This document shows positions 22,439 through 32,394 of a DNA stretch of 64,000 nucleotides, one piece after another (position 1 is the first letter of the stretch; every line of letters starts with the position of its first letter). Source of the stretch: an uncultured delta proteobacterium (GTDB lineage Bacteria > Desulfobacterota > Syntrophobacteria > BM002); NCBI GenBank assembly GCA_963712115.1, contig CAVQGX010000014.1, positions 22,878 to 86,877 of the forward strand, read 5' to 3'. The notes below the pieces were generated by a model. It saw only the letters and a program-made list of their open reading frames with translations. It had not been told where the DNA came from and made no database searches. Position numbers and translations under genes: made by a program.

Positions 22439-22825
22439 GTAATCCCTAATGTTGCAAACCCACACCAGCAAAAATCGCTTCGCTCGCGTGATAGTCCCGC
22501 TTCAGCGGGACGCCCGTGCTCGGCTCAGACACGATCTCACGTACGGTCAAGTACTGTTCATCTTGTCCGAGCCTGCGCGCGATCACATCTGGATAGCTCT
22601 GACGCGTTTTTTCTCGACGTGGGTCTGCAACATTAGGGTAAATTTTAGACAAGTGAGCATTAAGGGATCTCCATTCCGCTCCCACCCCTCCATGCTTTCC
22701 ATCTAATAGAAAAAATGAAATTTTTTCCAGTTTCACGGTAAATTTCTACTCACCATCCTAAATTCAATTTCCCGTTGTTTTTGTTAAGCACTTGAGATAT
22801 CAGAATATATACTCTTTAATCACTT

Positions 22826-22840
22826 TGGCATAGCGTTTGC
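22826..22840 (+). promoter_or_regulatory. sigma54 promoter
   Basis: TGGCATAGCGTTTGC (GG-N10-GC). Confidence 0.75.
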
Positions 22841-22851
22841 TCTCCTAGTCA

Positions 22852-22935
22852 CCGACCTCCTTTCTGCATATTGTTCCTCGCCACCTCTCCTTAGTCCCCA
22901 TCGATTATGGCCTCGATCGATGGGGCTTTTCTTTT
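22852..22935 (+). ncRNA. Candidate sigma54-dependent sRNA with anti-SD motifs
   Basis: Lies between the sigma54 site and the terminator CCCCATCGAT/ATCGATGGGG+T-run; contains ACCTCCTTTCT and CCACCTCTCCTT; no RBS/ORF. Confidence 0.6.
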
Positions 22936-23030
22936 GTCTCAACTCGCTATCTTCGAAGGTACAGTTTTTGCAGAACTAGAAAGCTCATGAGCTTGTACCC
23001 ATTATGACCATAATCTAGTAAAGGGGCGAC

Positions 23031-23201
23031 ATGAAAGAAGACAAACAACTTCCACACTGCCCGCATTGCAAGGGCTTATTGACTTCAGATGTATCAAGGG
23101 GGTGGTGTGAGAGAGAATGGTCTGACTATTACTGCCACTACTGCCAACAGGACTTCTTTGAAGATCATATAGCTGATAGCCAGAGTTCTCCTTCTGTCTA
23201 G
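23031..23201 (+). CDS. 56-aa zinc-ribbon protein (not in the ORF track)
   Basis: RBS AAGGGG; MKEDKQLPHCPHC...YYCHYCQQDFF. Confidence 0.7.
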   Translation: MKEDKQLPHCPHCKGLLTSDVSRGWCEREWSDYYCHYCQQDFFEDHIADSQSSPSV

Positions 23202-23251
23202 TCGGACATTTTTCAAAAAAAGCTAGGGAGTTTTAGCTCTGCTTTTTTTGT

Positions 23252-23266
23252 TGGCATTGGGTTTGC
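23252..23266 (+). promoter_or_regulatory. sigma54 promoter
   Basis: TGGCATTGGGTTTGC (GG-N10-GC). Confidence 0.7.
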
Positions 23267-23277
23267 GTTGGTGATTC

Positions 23278-23355
23278 CGTGGGGTGAGCGCAGGGTTCAT
23301 CCCGTTGGTGTGCGGATGCCCCCATCGGCATTGGGTCGGTGGGGGCTTTCTTTTT
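23278..23355 (+). ncRNA. Second candidate sigma54-dependent sRNA
   Basis: Hairpin GGGGTGAGC/GTTCATCCC, then a 12-bp terminator stem with G-U pairs (23318-23346) and T-run. Confidence 0.5.
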
Positions 23356-23592
23356 CCCCTTACATGCTTTCCGCCTGATATTCTAAATGATGATTCTCCG
23401 TTCGATTGACAAAGTATAGCCTTATATGAAATAAGACGCTTGCGCTGTTTATTAATCCTTTCAATTGGTATGTCAATTTGGTCAAGATTGCCCCAACTGA
23501 TTCACCTCTCTTCATTCCCAAAACCAACTTGAAGTTAGGCATTATTGCTCTGGGTCGCTTCCAGTGTTTCATTCCGGGTGGGAAGTTAGATT

Positions 23593-23988
23593 ATGCAAAA
23601 AGAGAAACGAAAGCATCCAAGAATCGAAGTGGGATGGCCCGTTACAATGATGACCACGGAGGGCAATATAAAAAGTCCGAGCCGTTTAGATTTAAAAGCA
23701 GCTAAGCGTAGGCCTTTTGATGGCAAAATAGAGAACATCAGTGCTGACGGTGCTTATATTCGCTGTGAGACGCAGCTATTTCAAAATGCCCTTTTTCTCA
23801 TGGGTATTTCGGGTTTAGAACGAAAGCCTTTGTGGATGGGGGCGGAAGTAGTCCGGACAGAAGTCACCTTCACCCCTGATTTGAGGCCAGCCCAAATTGG
23901 CATGGGAGTTCGTTTCACTACTATCTCTAAAAAAGATCGCCAATTCCTTGCCGATATGGTCTCGGAGCATATCAAGCAAGAGTACTAG
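23593..23988 (+). CDS. PilZ domain protein
   Basis: RKHPR, NISADG, GMGVRF. Confidence 0.85.
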   Translation: MQKEKRKHPRIEVGWPVTMMTTEGNIKSPSRLDLKAAKRRPFDGKIENISADGAYIRCETQLFQNALFLMGISGLERKPLWMGAEVVRTEVTFTPDLRPAQIGMGVRFTTISKKDRQFLADMVSEHIKQEY

Positions 23989-24068
23989 AAAGAATCCTCT
24001 CCGGCTCTGCTGTTTTTAAATTTTATTTCCGCATTGGAGAGATCAAAAAATTGCCTCATTGACAAATC

Positions 24069-24083
24069 TGGCATAGGCTTTGC
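24069..24083 (+). promoter_or_regulatory. sigma54 promoter
   Basis: TGGCATAGGCTTTGC. Confidence 0.65.
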
Positions 24084-24207
24084 TGCAGCCCTGTGATGCC
24101 AGGTTCCACTCGAGTTTATTTGGGTACGGCCCATCTAACCAGGCGTTTTTTTAAATCATCAACATGCAGCAGATAAAACCTGGTAATACTCTCCTAAAGG
24201 AATAGTC

Positions 24208-25194
24208 ATGTGGCAGACTTTTGTGAGAAAGATATCTAAGCCAAACATAAACTTAGCGTCAATAAATTGGGAGCTAGACAAGAGACGGATATGGGCCATT
24301 ACTCGCTCACTTTTAGAAAATAACATCTATAAGTATAAAAGGTTCGGAGGAAAAAGGAAAAGTCATTGGCCTTTATTTGTGCGTCTAGCCCTTGTTTTTG
24401 GCTTTATTCTAAAAACATTTAAATTGTATAAAAGAGGATGTGATAATGCTAAGAATATTATAGTTAAAAATATTGTTATCAACTTTACTGATCTTCCTAA
24501 ATCTTTTGATTCATATAGAATTCTTCATCTTACTGACTTGCACCTCAATTCTATTGAAGGGATTGAAGATATTATCTGTAATAAAATAAAAAAATTGGAA
24601 TATGATCTCTGCGTGATGACCGGAGATTACCGGGACAGAATAGATGGTGGTTTTAAACATATCTTAAATCCCATGAAGAAAATTACATCAAAAATAAGAG
24701 CTAAGGACGGAATTCTGGCCACCTTAGGTAATCATGATACTTATTTAATGATACAGCATCTGGAAGAAATGGATGTTAGAATACTTGCGAATGAAACGAT
24801 CGTGATTCGCAGAAGTAGAGAAAAGCTAGCTGTGACTGGCATAGACGATCCTCATTATTACTACACCGATCAAGCGGTCAGTTCTCTTGAGGAGGAGATT
24901 AATGAATTCAAAATCGTCTTGGCTCACTCTCCTGAGCTGTACGATTTAGCAGCTGATAATGGATACAAACTATACCTATGCGGACATACCCATGGAGGAC
25001 AAATTTGTCTTCCCGGGGGGATTCCAATCTTTACTCATCTTTACAGTAGAAGAAGATTCTATCGGGGTTTATGGTGTTATGCTGATATGAAAGGGTACAC
25101 CAGTCAGGGGTGTGGAGCTTCGGCCATCCCAATTAGGTTTAATACTCAGGGTGAGATCGCACTAATTACCTTGAAGAAAAAGTATTCTGAGTAG
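24208..25194 (+). CDS. Metallophosphoesterase (YkuE/YaeI-like)
   Basis: DLH, TGD, GNHD, HSP, GHTHGGQ motifs. Confidence 0.9.
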   Translation: MWQTFVRKISKPNINLASINWELDKRRIWAITRSLLENNIYKYKRFGGKRKSHWPLFVRLALVFGFILKTFKLYKRGCDNAKNIIVKNIVINFTDLPKSFDSYRILHLTDLHLNSIEGIEDIICNKIKKLEYDLCVMTGDYRDRIDGGFKHILNPMKKITSKIRAKDGILATLGNHDTYLMIQHLEEMDVRILANETIVIRRSREKLAVTGIDDPHYYYTDQAVSSLEEEINEFKIVLAHSPELYDLAADNGYKLYLCGHTHGGQICLPGGIPIFTHLYSRRRFYRGLWCYADMKGYTSQGCGASAIPIRFNTQGEIALITLKKKYSE

Positions 25195-25553
25195 TACTGC
25201 ACCTCAAAATGAAGATCACTCATTAGTAAATAAACTCTCTCACCCTATTTAGGGGAGTGTACGTTACATATTTTACACTTTTGCTGTTCAAAATCTACCA
25301 TAACACCTTGGTTGTGGAGCTATGCATTTTTCAAAGAATACTATGGAGCTTCGGTTCCGCTTGTTTATAGTCTCAATATCTTGTGGCAAATTAAATTTGA
25401 GCCAAGTGTGAAGGATATGAACTCTTATATTGAAACTCTGGGAGTTTAAATGTGTCATCACTGTTTGCTTTTTTGCTAATTTCTCTCTTCCTTTTTATCC
25501 ACGTCACTGTGATCCCATACCGGTTATTTCTTGCCCGAAAGCACATTATTTTT

Positions 25554-26450
25554 GGTAATTGTAAAAGTTTTGCCACTAGATTAAGCTAGTGGTATGGACT
25601 TGGTAGCCATTCAAAAGCTTGTTATAACAGAAGAAAAATCCAGGAGATTTTTTCTCAAGTTTCGGTGGAAAAACTACCGAAAAATCTGCCCACGATGCCA
25701 TGGCAGAAATGTAGTTAACGTACGCAGAAAACGTCTTCTTTGTCTTGGCTGTCGTTACGAGTTTGGTCACTTCACCGGAACATACCTCGGCTCGCTTCGG
25801 ATCGGGTTCAGGAAATGGCTCCTGCTTATCAAAGTGTTCGAGCTGGAGGCCTCTGCCAGAAGAGCAGCTCGCGAAGTGGGGATTTCCTATCCCACTGCAC
25901 TTAAAGGGTTTCATACCATCCGCACAGCGATCCTGGCCCAAGACAAGGACTCTCACTTGCTCAAAGGGGAAGTGGAAGCTGATGAGGCCTATTTCGGCGG
26001 TCGTCGAAAAGGAAAACGAGGTCGTGGTGCTGCAGGGAAGGTCCCCGTCTTTGGTATTCTGGAGAGGGCAGGCAAGGTTACCGTTGAGGTTGTTCCTGAC
26101 GTCAAAGCAGAGACGCTGCTGGAGTTGACGGTGAAGAAGGTGCGCCGGGGCTCTATCGTTTACACTGACAAATTCAAAGGGTACGATAGTCTTATGTTTT
26201 GTGGATTTAGACATCTCAAAGTCGATCATGGAAAACGGTTTGCCAGAGGCAAGGTCTACATCAATGGCCTAGAGGGGTTTTGGAGCTATGCTAAAGAGCG
26301 GTTGATCAAATTTCACGGCGTATCCAAACACAACTTCCCCCTCTATCTCAAAGAACTCGAGTTCAGGTACAATCACCGCAAAGATGAAAATATTATCCAA
26401 ACCATCGTTAACTACCTGACTACACCCGTGGCAGATCTTTTATAATTACC
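25554..26450 (+). mobile_element. IS1595-family insertion sequence
   Basis: IRs GGTAATTGTAAAAG../..CTTTTATAATTACC; 8-bp TSD TTATTTTT at 25546-25553 and 26451-26458. Confidence 0.92.
25594..26445 (+). CDS. IS1595-family transposase
   Basis: Zn ribbon CPRC/CLGC, EADEAYFGG, YTD, INGLEGFW, ELEFRYN. Confidence 0.92.
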   Translation: MDLVAIQKLVITEEKSRRFFLKFRWKNYRKICPRCHGRNVVNVRRKRLLCLGCRYEFGHFTGTYLGSLRIGFRKWLLLIKVFELEASARRAAREVGISYPTALKGFHTIRTAILAQDKDSHLLKGEVEADEAYFGGRRKGKRGRGAAGKVPVFGILERAGKVTVEVVPDVKAETLLELTVKKVRRGSIVYTDKFKGYDSLMFCGFRHLKVDHGKRFARGKVYINGLEGFWSYAKERLIKFHGVSKHNFPLYLKELEFRYNHRKDENIIQTIVNYLTTPVADLL

Positions 26451-26523
26451 TTATTTTTTATACTTAAGCTTATAGTTTTTGTCTCTCCCGCCGGTCTGGG
26501 ATTCTAATCTGGGGAAACAAGAC

Positions 26524-27785
26524 TGACCTGACCCCCTTACACCGGTCCAGGTTTTGTGAGAGAATCATAGTGCAGCCTGGAGAAATGCATAAGGAGGTCA
26601 GAATGAGCCGGAAACGATTTAAAACTGAGCAGATCATCAGAATGCTGCGAGAGGCTGAGGTTGGTCTTTCTCAAGGGATGAAGATCAGAGATATCTGCAG
26701 AGGTCTTGGGATATCTGAGCAGACTTACTATCGCTGGCGCAGAGAATACGGTGGCTTGAAAGTATCGCAAGTCAAACGGTTTAAGGAACTTGAGAAAGAA
26801 AATTCACGTTTGAAGAAAGCTGTTGCCGAGTTAACCTTAGACAAGTTGATTCTCAAGGAGGCGCTTGAGGGAAACTACTAAGCCCCGCCCGGCGCCGGCG
26901 ATGCGTTGCATATGTTCAGGGAAAACTTGGCATATCGGAAAGGCGAGCATGCCGGGTTATCGGGCAGCCGCGGTCAACCCAGAGACACAATCCGGTTGTC
27001 AAAGGTGACGAGGAGGCTCTAACAGCCGACATTATCAGGCTGGCCAGTCGATATGGTCGCTACGGTTATCGTCGGATCACGGCCCTGTTGAGACGGGAGG
27101 GCTGGAGGGTCAATCACAAGCGGGTACAACGCATCTGGCGGCAGGAGGGGCTTAAGGTTCCACAAAAACAACCTAAACGGGGCAGGTTGTGGCTTCATGA
27201 TGGGTCCTGCATGAGGCTTCGGCCTACACACAGAAACCACGTCTGGTCATATGATTTTCTTATGGATCGTACCCATGATGGGCGCTCCATTAAGATACTG
27301 ACTGTGATCGATGAGTTCAGCCGTGAGTGTTTGGCTATTTTGGCTGACCGAAACATAAGAGCCGATGATGTACTCCATTGCCTGACGGATCTTTTTATAG
27401 AGCATGGAGTACCGGAGCACATACGCTCAGATAACGGTCCTGAGTTCACGGCCAAAGCGGTACGCGATTGGCTTGCTCGAATAGGTGTAAAGACTCTTTT
27501 CATTGAGCCTGGTAGTCCGTGGGAGAATGGCTATAATGAAAGCTTTAACGGTAAACTTAGAGATGAGTTACTCAATGGGGAGGTCTTCTACACCCTAAAA
27601 GAAGCCCAGGTGCTGATAGAAAAGTGGCGGCAAGAATACAACACCTTAAGGCCACACAGTGCTTTGCAGTACAAACCACCGGCACCTGAAGCAATAAAAC
27701 CGCGACTCCTAGATTCAACTTGGTTGCAGATTAAAACGGATAACACTCTAACTCTAAAGGTGGTACATTAATTGGGGGCAGGTCA
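26524..27785 (+). mobile_element. IS3-family insertion sequence (IS407-like)
   Basis: TGACCTG...CAGGTCA ends; orfA/orfB with slippery GGGAAAC at 26869-26875; no TSD seen. Confidence 0.92.
26603..27771 (+). CDS. IS3 transposase OrfAB (programmed -1 frameshift)
   Basis: OrfA HTH 26603..26881; OrfB rve core [24 protein letters not shown]. Confidence 0.9.
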
Positions 27786-27866
27786 TGGTTTTATCTCGGT
27801 TAATTCATAGCAAATTTTTAATCACACCTAACGAATGAATTGCAAATGCTTCTCAGTCTTTCAGCT

Positions 27867-27881
27867 GGGCATTCCAATTGC
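27867..27881 (+). promoter_or_regulatory. Possible sigma54 promoter
   Basis: GGGCATTCCAATTGC (GG-N10-GC). Confidence 0.5.
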
Positions 27882-27961
27882 AATGGTAATATCTTGAAAT
27901 ATCTCAGCAATGCAACAAAAAGGGCAGTGGCGAAAATGACTAAGATACTTGGATTAACGCA

Positions 27962-28393
27962 ATGAGATTGTTAACTTTCAAATGCCTGAGAGAGCCCAAA
28001 ATATTCCATATCCCTCTACCACCTCCGCTAAACTCTGTGCTTCTAATATTTCTGGGCATACTCATATATACAACGTCTTCTTATGCGACACAGTTGACTC
28101 TTGAGTGGGATGCCAATGCGGAGCAAGACCTTGCTGGCTATATTATCTATTAAGGTACTTCCAGCAGAGATTACGATGCTTCGATGGATGTTGGGAACTG
28201 GACAAGCGCGACAATTGCAAATCTTGAAGACAATGAGACCTACTACTTCGCATTGACAGCTTACGATACTGATGGCAAGGAATCCGGATACTCAAATGAG
28301 GTTTGTATAAATTGCCAAACCATTAGCAGTGCTTAGAGTGGTGGTGGGTGTTTCATCGACACAGCAGCCTACGGGTTCCGAAGGGTCAGGTAA
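27962..28393 (+). pseudogene. FN3-domain / truncated CFI-box-CTERM protein with two in-frame stops
   Basis: LTLEWDANAEQDLAGYIIY*GTSSRDY...YYFALTAYD..ESGYSNEV...A*SGGGCFIDTAAYG; TAA 28151, TAG 28334. Confidence 0.8.
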
Positions 28394-28433
28394 TTCCAAG
28401 TTCAAATGTGAACAGTATCAGATCATTAGTAAC

Positions 28434-28466
28434 AAAAGGCGGGACTGATTTCCCGCCTTTCTTTTT
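28434..28466 (+). terminator. Rho-independent terminator
   Basis: AAAGGCGGGA/TCCCGCCTTT + T-run. Confidence 0.7.
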
Positions 28467-28862
28467 CGTAGCCGAACAATAGATGACTGACTTCATTTAA
28501 GTGATTTATCTAAAGCCTTTATCAGTCTACTGAAAATTTAGATTACTTTAATCTACAGTTTGCCCTTTAAGACCCGCCTCCCACATTTTGTATTGAGTTT
28601 TCTGAAGGGAAATTATAGATTAAGGGAATACAAAGTCAGCTCCCACCGCTCCATGCTGCCCACCTCAGTTTCCCATTGGTATTATAGGGGTACTAAAGCC
28701 AAAATCATGCATCCTTCCTATTTACAAAATCAGTCAGGTTATTGTAAACTAAGACCAACTCACGTTCCTGCAACCATTCTCCACGAGAGACAATAACTTT
28801 GTTCTGATCTGGTCGAATTGATCCTAGAAGTTTTCGCTTACTAGTGTCTGAGGAGGATACTC

Positions 28863-29207
28863 ATGAGGCGTTGGTGGTTAACCTTCGTGGTTTTCGGTGT
28901 TTTGTTGTTCGGTATTACAAACACAAGCTCGGCAATGACAATCACTGATCTCCCAGTGATAAATGCTGATTTGAATCTTAATATTGATTCAGAGATTAGT
29001 AGCTTCGCTAACCTTGTCTGGGACTTTTTTGCCGATGTACTAAATTCATCTAATCAACTGGAGCCAATGGTCAAAAAAGATAAGGATAAGGATAAAGATA
29101 AGGATAAAGACAAGGGTATTCCATCTAGTCCCGAACCGGCTACCTGGCTCCTCATTGGAACAGGCGCTGGTGGTTTGATTCTCCTCAGAAAGAAGTTCAA
29201 AAAGTGA
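28863..29207 (+). CDS. Small PEP-CTERM protein with (DK)n linker
   Basis: RBS GAGGAG, signal peptide, SPEPATWLLIGTGAGGLILLRKK. Confidence 0.9.
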   Translation: MRRWWLTFVVFGVLLFGITNTSSAMTITDLPVINADLNLNIDSEISSFANLVWDFFADVLNSSNQLEPMVKKDKDKDKDKDKDKGIPSSPEPATWLLIGTGAGGLILLRKKFKK

Positions 29208-29249
29208 AGCATTTATAATAGCAAGTGAGCGCTTGTCATAACCAATCTG

Positions 29250-29274
29250 GCGGAGCATCGACTCCGCTTTTTTT
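29250..29274 (+). terminator. Rho-independent terminator
   Basis: GCGGAG/CTCCGC + T-run. Confidence 0.6.
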
Positions 29275-29391
29275 ATCACTCACTGCTATTCGTAACCCAT
29301 TACACTTTTCGCTGCTTCATTGGCTTTCTTCTTGCAGATTGTCCGATGGTCATGATCTCCTTCTCCATAGCGACACCGAAAATCGACGAAA

Positions 29392-30243
29392 ATGAAAAGA
29401 GTGTTAAGCATATCTGATTTAAGAAAGAAGCACCTACTCGTGGGAGGCCTAGCTCTGCTCGCCACGATCTTCCTGTGCTACGGCCAAATCCTCTTCGAAA
29501 TGGCCAAACGATGGACTGTTGATCCCAATTACTCTCATGGATTCCTTATACCTCTCCTATCTGGATATCTTTTATGGAGGAAGAAGGATGCTTTCAGCCT
29601 GTCAGCTATTAACCCAGAGCTCAAGGGCTTGCCCATACTCGTCTTAGGCTTGTTCCTAATGGTTTTGGGAAAAGCCGGCACTATAGACTTTGCGATGCTT
29701 TTCTCCTTTCTTATGGTGCTCTTGGGACTGATAGTATTTTTACTAGGTACAAACATCACTAAATCCGTGCTTTTCCCGCTAAGTTACCTGATTTTCATGA
29801 TACCTTTGCCTTCTGTCTTTTACAACGACCTTACCTTCCGCCTAAAACTCCTAGCCAGCATAATTGCCACTAAACTTCTAGCGCTTATCGGAATGGCAGT
29901 CTTTCGGGAGGGCAATATCATCCATCTTAATGAAACGTCCTTGCAGGTTATCGATGCTTGCAGTGGCCTACGCTCTCTTATTTCCCTGTTGGCTCTTGCA
30001 GTGCTTTTTGCATACTTCACCCAGAAGTCAATTTGGAAAAGACTTTCTTTAGTCCTTCTAACGATACCCATAACAATATTCTCAAACTCATGTAGGCTAA
30101 CGGTGACAGCAATCCTCGTAGATCACATCGGCCCTCAAGCTACAGAGGGATTTTTCCATATTCTTACGGGTATAATAATGTTTGTTATTGCTTTGGTTCT
30201 TCTAATGTTGTGCGGGACTATCCTGAAACGATTTAGGCAATAG
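29392..30243 (+). CDS. Exosortase (EpsH/XrtA-like)
   Basis: NYSHGFLIP, FMIPLP, ACSGLRSL (catalytic Cys), N..R, FFH. Confidence 0.92.
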   Translation: MKRVLSISDLRKKHLLVGGLALLATIFLCYGQILFEMAKRWTVDPNYSHGFLIPLLSGYLLWRKKDAFSLSAINPELKGLPILVLGLFLMVLGKAGTIDFAMLFSFLMVLLGLIVFLLGTNITKSVLFPLSYLIFMIPLPSVFYNDLTFRLKLLASIIATKLLALIGMAVFREGNIIHLNETSLQVIDACSGLRSLISLLALAVLFAYFTQKSIWKRLSLVLLTIPITIFSNSCRLTVTAILVDHIGPQATEGFFHILTGIIMFVIALVLLMLCGTILKRFRQ

Positions 30244-30247
30244 CGGT

Positions 30248-30898
30248 ATGAAAAGACGTTTTTTCACACATCTGACAGTCTCTCTCGCATTACTCATTTC
30301 AACCTTTATGCTTCTTCAGTATATTGAGGGGGTAAACAGGACACCTATTAGAAAGAAACTGGCTCTCTTTCCCGACCGCTTGGGTGAATGGCAAGGATCG
30401 GATACTGCCCTAAGTGCCGAGGAACTCCGAGTGCTTGGGATGGAAGACTACATGCTGCGCAGATATTCTAATGGACGGGATCCTGATATCTGGGTCTACG
30501 TAGGGTACTACGAAAGTCAGACTAAGGACGACATAATTCATACTCCCAAGAATTGTCTCCCTGCCTCCGGCTGGATACCTATATCTAGCAGCATGGAAAG
30601 GATTCATTTCCCAAAGGGCCCAATTAGAATGGCAGGAGTTAAGAGGTATCTAGTGCAAAAGGGCGTGGAGAAAGACATCGTTGTTTATTGGTATCAGTCT
30701 AGGGGTCGAGTGTTAGCGAATGAATACTTAGCAAGGCTCTATCTTATTTGGGATTCGATCACCAAGAAACGCTCCGATGGCGCCCTGGTTAGAGTATATT
30801 GTTCAGTTGATCCAGATGAGATTAGCGCATGGCGACATTTAGTGAGCTTTATCCAGGAGTTTTTGCCCGTTTTGTATGAGCATTTACCCGATGCATAG
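30248..30898 (+). CDS. epsI: Exosortase-associated EpsI family protein
   Basis: FP.RLGEW.G, HTPKNCLPASGW, YWYQSRGR, RSDGALVR. Confidence 0.9.
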   Translation: MKRRFFTHLTVSLALLISTFMLLQYIEGVNRTPIRKKLALFPDRLGEWQGSDTALSAEELRVLGMEDYMLRRYSNGRDPDIWVYVGYYESQTKDDIIHTPKNCLPASGWIPISSSMERIHFPKGPIRMAGVKRYLVQKGVEKDIVVYWYQSRGRVLANEYLARLYLIWDSITKKRSDGALVRVYCSVDPDEISAWRHLVSFIQEFLPVLYEHLPDA

Positions 30899-30904
30899 TG
30901 AGAC

Positions 30905-32027
30905 TAGTATTTAGTTGCACAATTTAGCGCTATATAGTATATGGGGTTGCATGAGTAGAAAAGCAATCCCCATTAAATTGACAGCAGAGGACAAGCGAAC
31001 CCTGGAGCAGTGGGTTCGCTCAAGCAAGACCGAACAGCGGTTGGTATTGCGAGCGCAGATTATTCTCTCGGCTGCGAAAGGAGAAGCTACCAAGGTGATT
31101 GCCGAGAACCTTAAAGTGCGGCCGGCTACCGTGAGCAAATGGCGAACTCGCTTTGCCAAAGACGGTATGGCAGCTCTGCAAGATGCACCGCGTTGTGGTG
31201 CTCGCAAGGTCTATGACGATACCACCGACAGAAGGATCTTGGAGGCAGTTGACGGTGAACCTCCCGCCGGGCATGCCACCTGGAGTGGGAGCTTATTGGC
31301 TAAGACGTTGGGAGATGTCTCCAAACACCAGGTGTGGCGGGTGCTCAGGCGGCATGGCATCCATTTGCAGCGTCGACGATCGTGGTGTATCAGTACAGAC
31401 CCTGAATTTGCGCCGAAGGCGGCAGACATCGTTGGTCTTTACCTGGAGCCCCCTGACAGTGCGGTTGTGATCTGTGTGGATGAAAAGCCTCACATCCAGG
31501 CACTGGAGCGAGCCCAGGGGTGGCTTAGGCTTCCCAATGGCAAAGCCCTTACCGGTTTCAGCCACGGCTATAAGCGACACGGAACCACCACCCTGTTCGC
31601 CGCCTTGAATGTGGCCACAGGACAGGTCAAAGCCGGCCACTACAAACGGCGGCGACGTCGGGAGTTTCTCGATTTTATGAACGAAGTCATTGCTGACTAT
31701 CCCGACCAGGAGATTCACGTGATCTTGGATAATCTCAACACCCATAAACCAAAGCACGATGTCTGGTTGGCTCGCCACAAAAAAGTGTGCTTTCACTACA
31801 CGCCAACCCACGCCTCCTGGCTAAACCAGATTGAGATTTGGTTCAGCATCCTCAGCCGCAGAACGCTCAAAGGTGCTAGTTTCACCTCACCACAACAGGT
31901 TCGTAATGCTATCGACCTTTTCGTTGCCACCTATAACAGAGAGGCTGCCCCTTTCGAGTGGCGAAAGCGAGAAGTTTATCCGAAAAGGCTCAGTAAAAAT
32001 TACTCTGATTTATGCAACTAGATACTA
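30905..32027 (+). mobile_element. IS630-family insertion sequence
   Basis: IR CTAGTATTTAGTTGCA / TGCAACTAGATACTAG with CTAG (TA target) at both ends. Confidence 0.9.
30951..32021 (+). CDS. IS630 transposase
   Basis: HTH, CVDEK, YKRHGTTTLFAAL, LDNLNTH, SWLNQIEIWF. Confidence 0.92.
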   Translation: MSRKAIPIKLTAEDKRTLEQWVRSSKTEQRLVLRAQIILSAAKGEATKVIAENLKVRPATVSKWRTRFAKDGMAALQDAPRCGARKVYDDTTDRRILEAVDGEPPAGHATWSGSLLAKTLGDVSKHQVWRVLRRHGIHLQRRRSWCISTDPEFAPKAADIVGLYLEPPDSAVVICVDEKPHIQALERAQGWLRLPNGKALTGFSHGYKRHGTTTLFAALNVATGQVKAGHYKRRRRREFLDFMNEVIADYPDQEIHVILDNLNTHKPKHDVWLARHKKVCFHYTPTHASWLNQIEIWFSILSRRTLKGASFTSPQQVRNAIDLFVATYNREAAPFEWRKREVYPKRLSKNYSDLCN

Positions 32028-32394
32028 GCATCAGGCGGCATGACAAAATGCTTTCCGTACTTCTGGAAGTCTCCACATCGTATTTTAGAGAAAGATGTCC
32101 CGCTTTTGACCTATCCCAAGACTTTGTGCTAGCCTTTTTAGAAGCTGACGTTAGATGGGTAATATTCAGGATCTTTCAGAGATCGAGGTGCGTTTCTATG
32201 TCTCGTCATTAAATACAAACAGTTAGGGGCTTGCCGTCGTAATTTGATGATAAGGCTGTTATCCTTGTCCGACTGGTCTTACTTTCTACCGAGCGCTAGT
32301 GTCGTGTCTCACAAATAACATTCATAAAAAGCTGAACTCACACCCGCCCAAACCCTCCCCAGCACGGTGAGGGGGAGGTCGAGGGGCTTATAAC

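Noticed and set aside
22446-22736. Overlapping ORFs on both strands after the second ExeA gene
   Set aside because: No recognisable motif or RBS; cannot tell whether either is real
25391-26520. Host gene interrupted by IS1595
   Set aside because: Joining the flanks did not give a convincing continuous ORF
4948-28336. In-frame TAG codons (4948, about 17940 on the minus strand, 28334) as pyrrolysine or recoding
   Set aside because: Each occurs in a gene that also has frameshifts, TAA/TGA stops or truncation; no pyl genes seen
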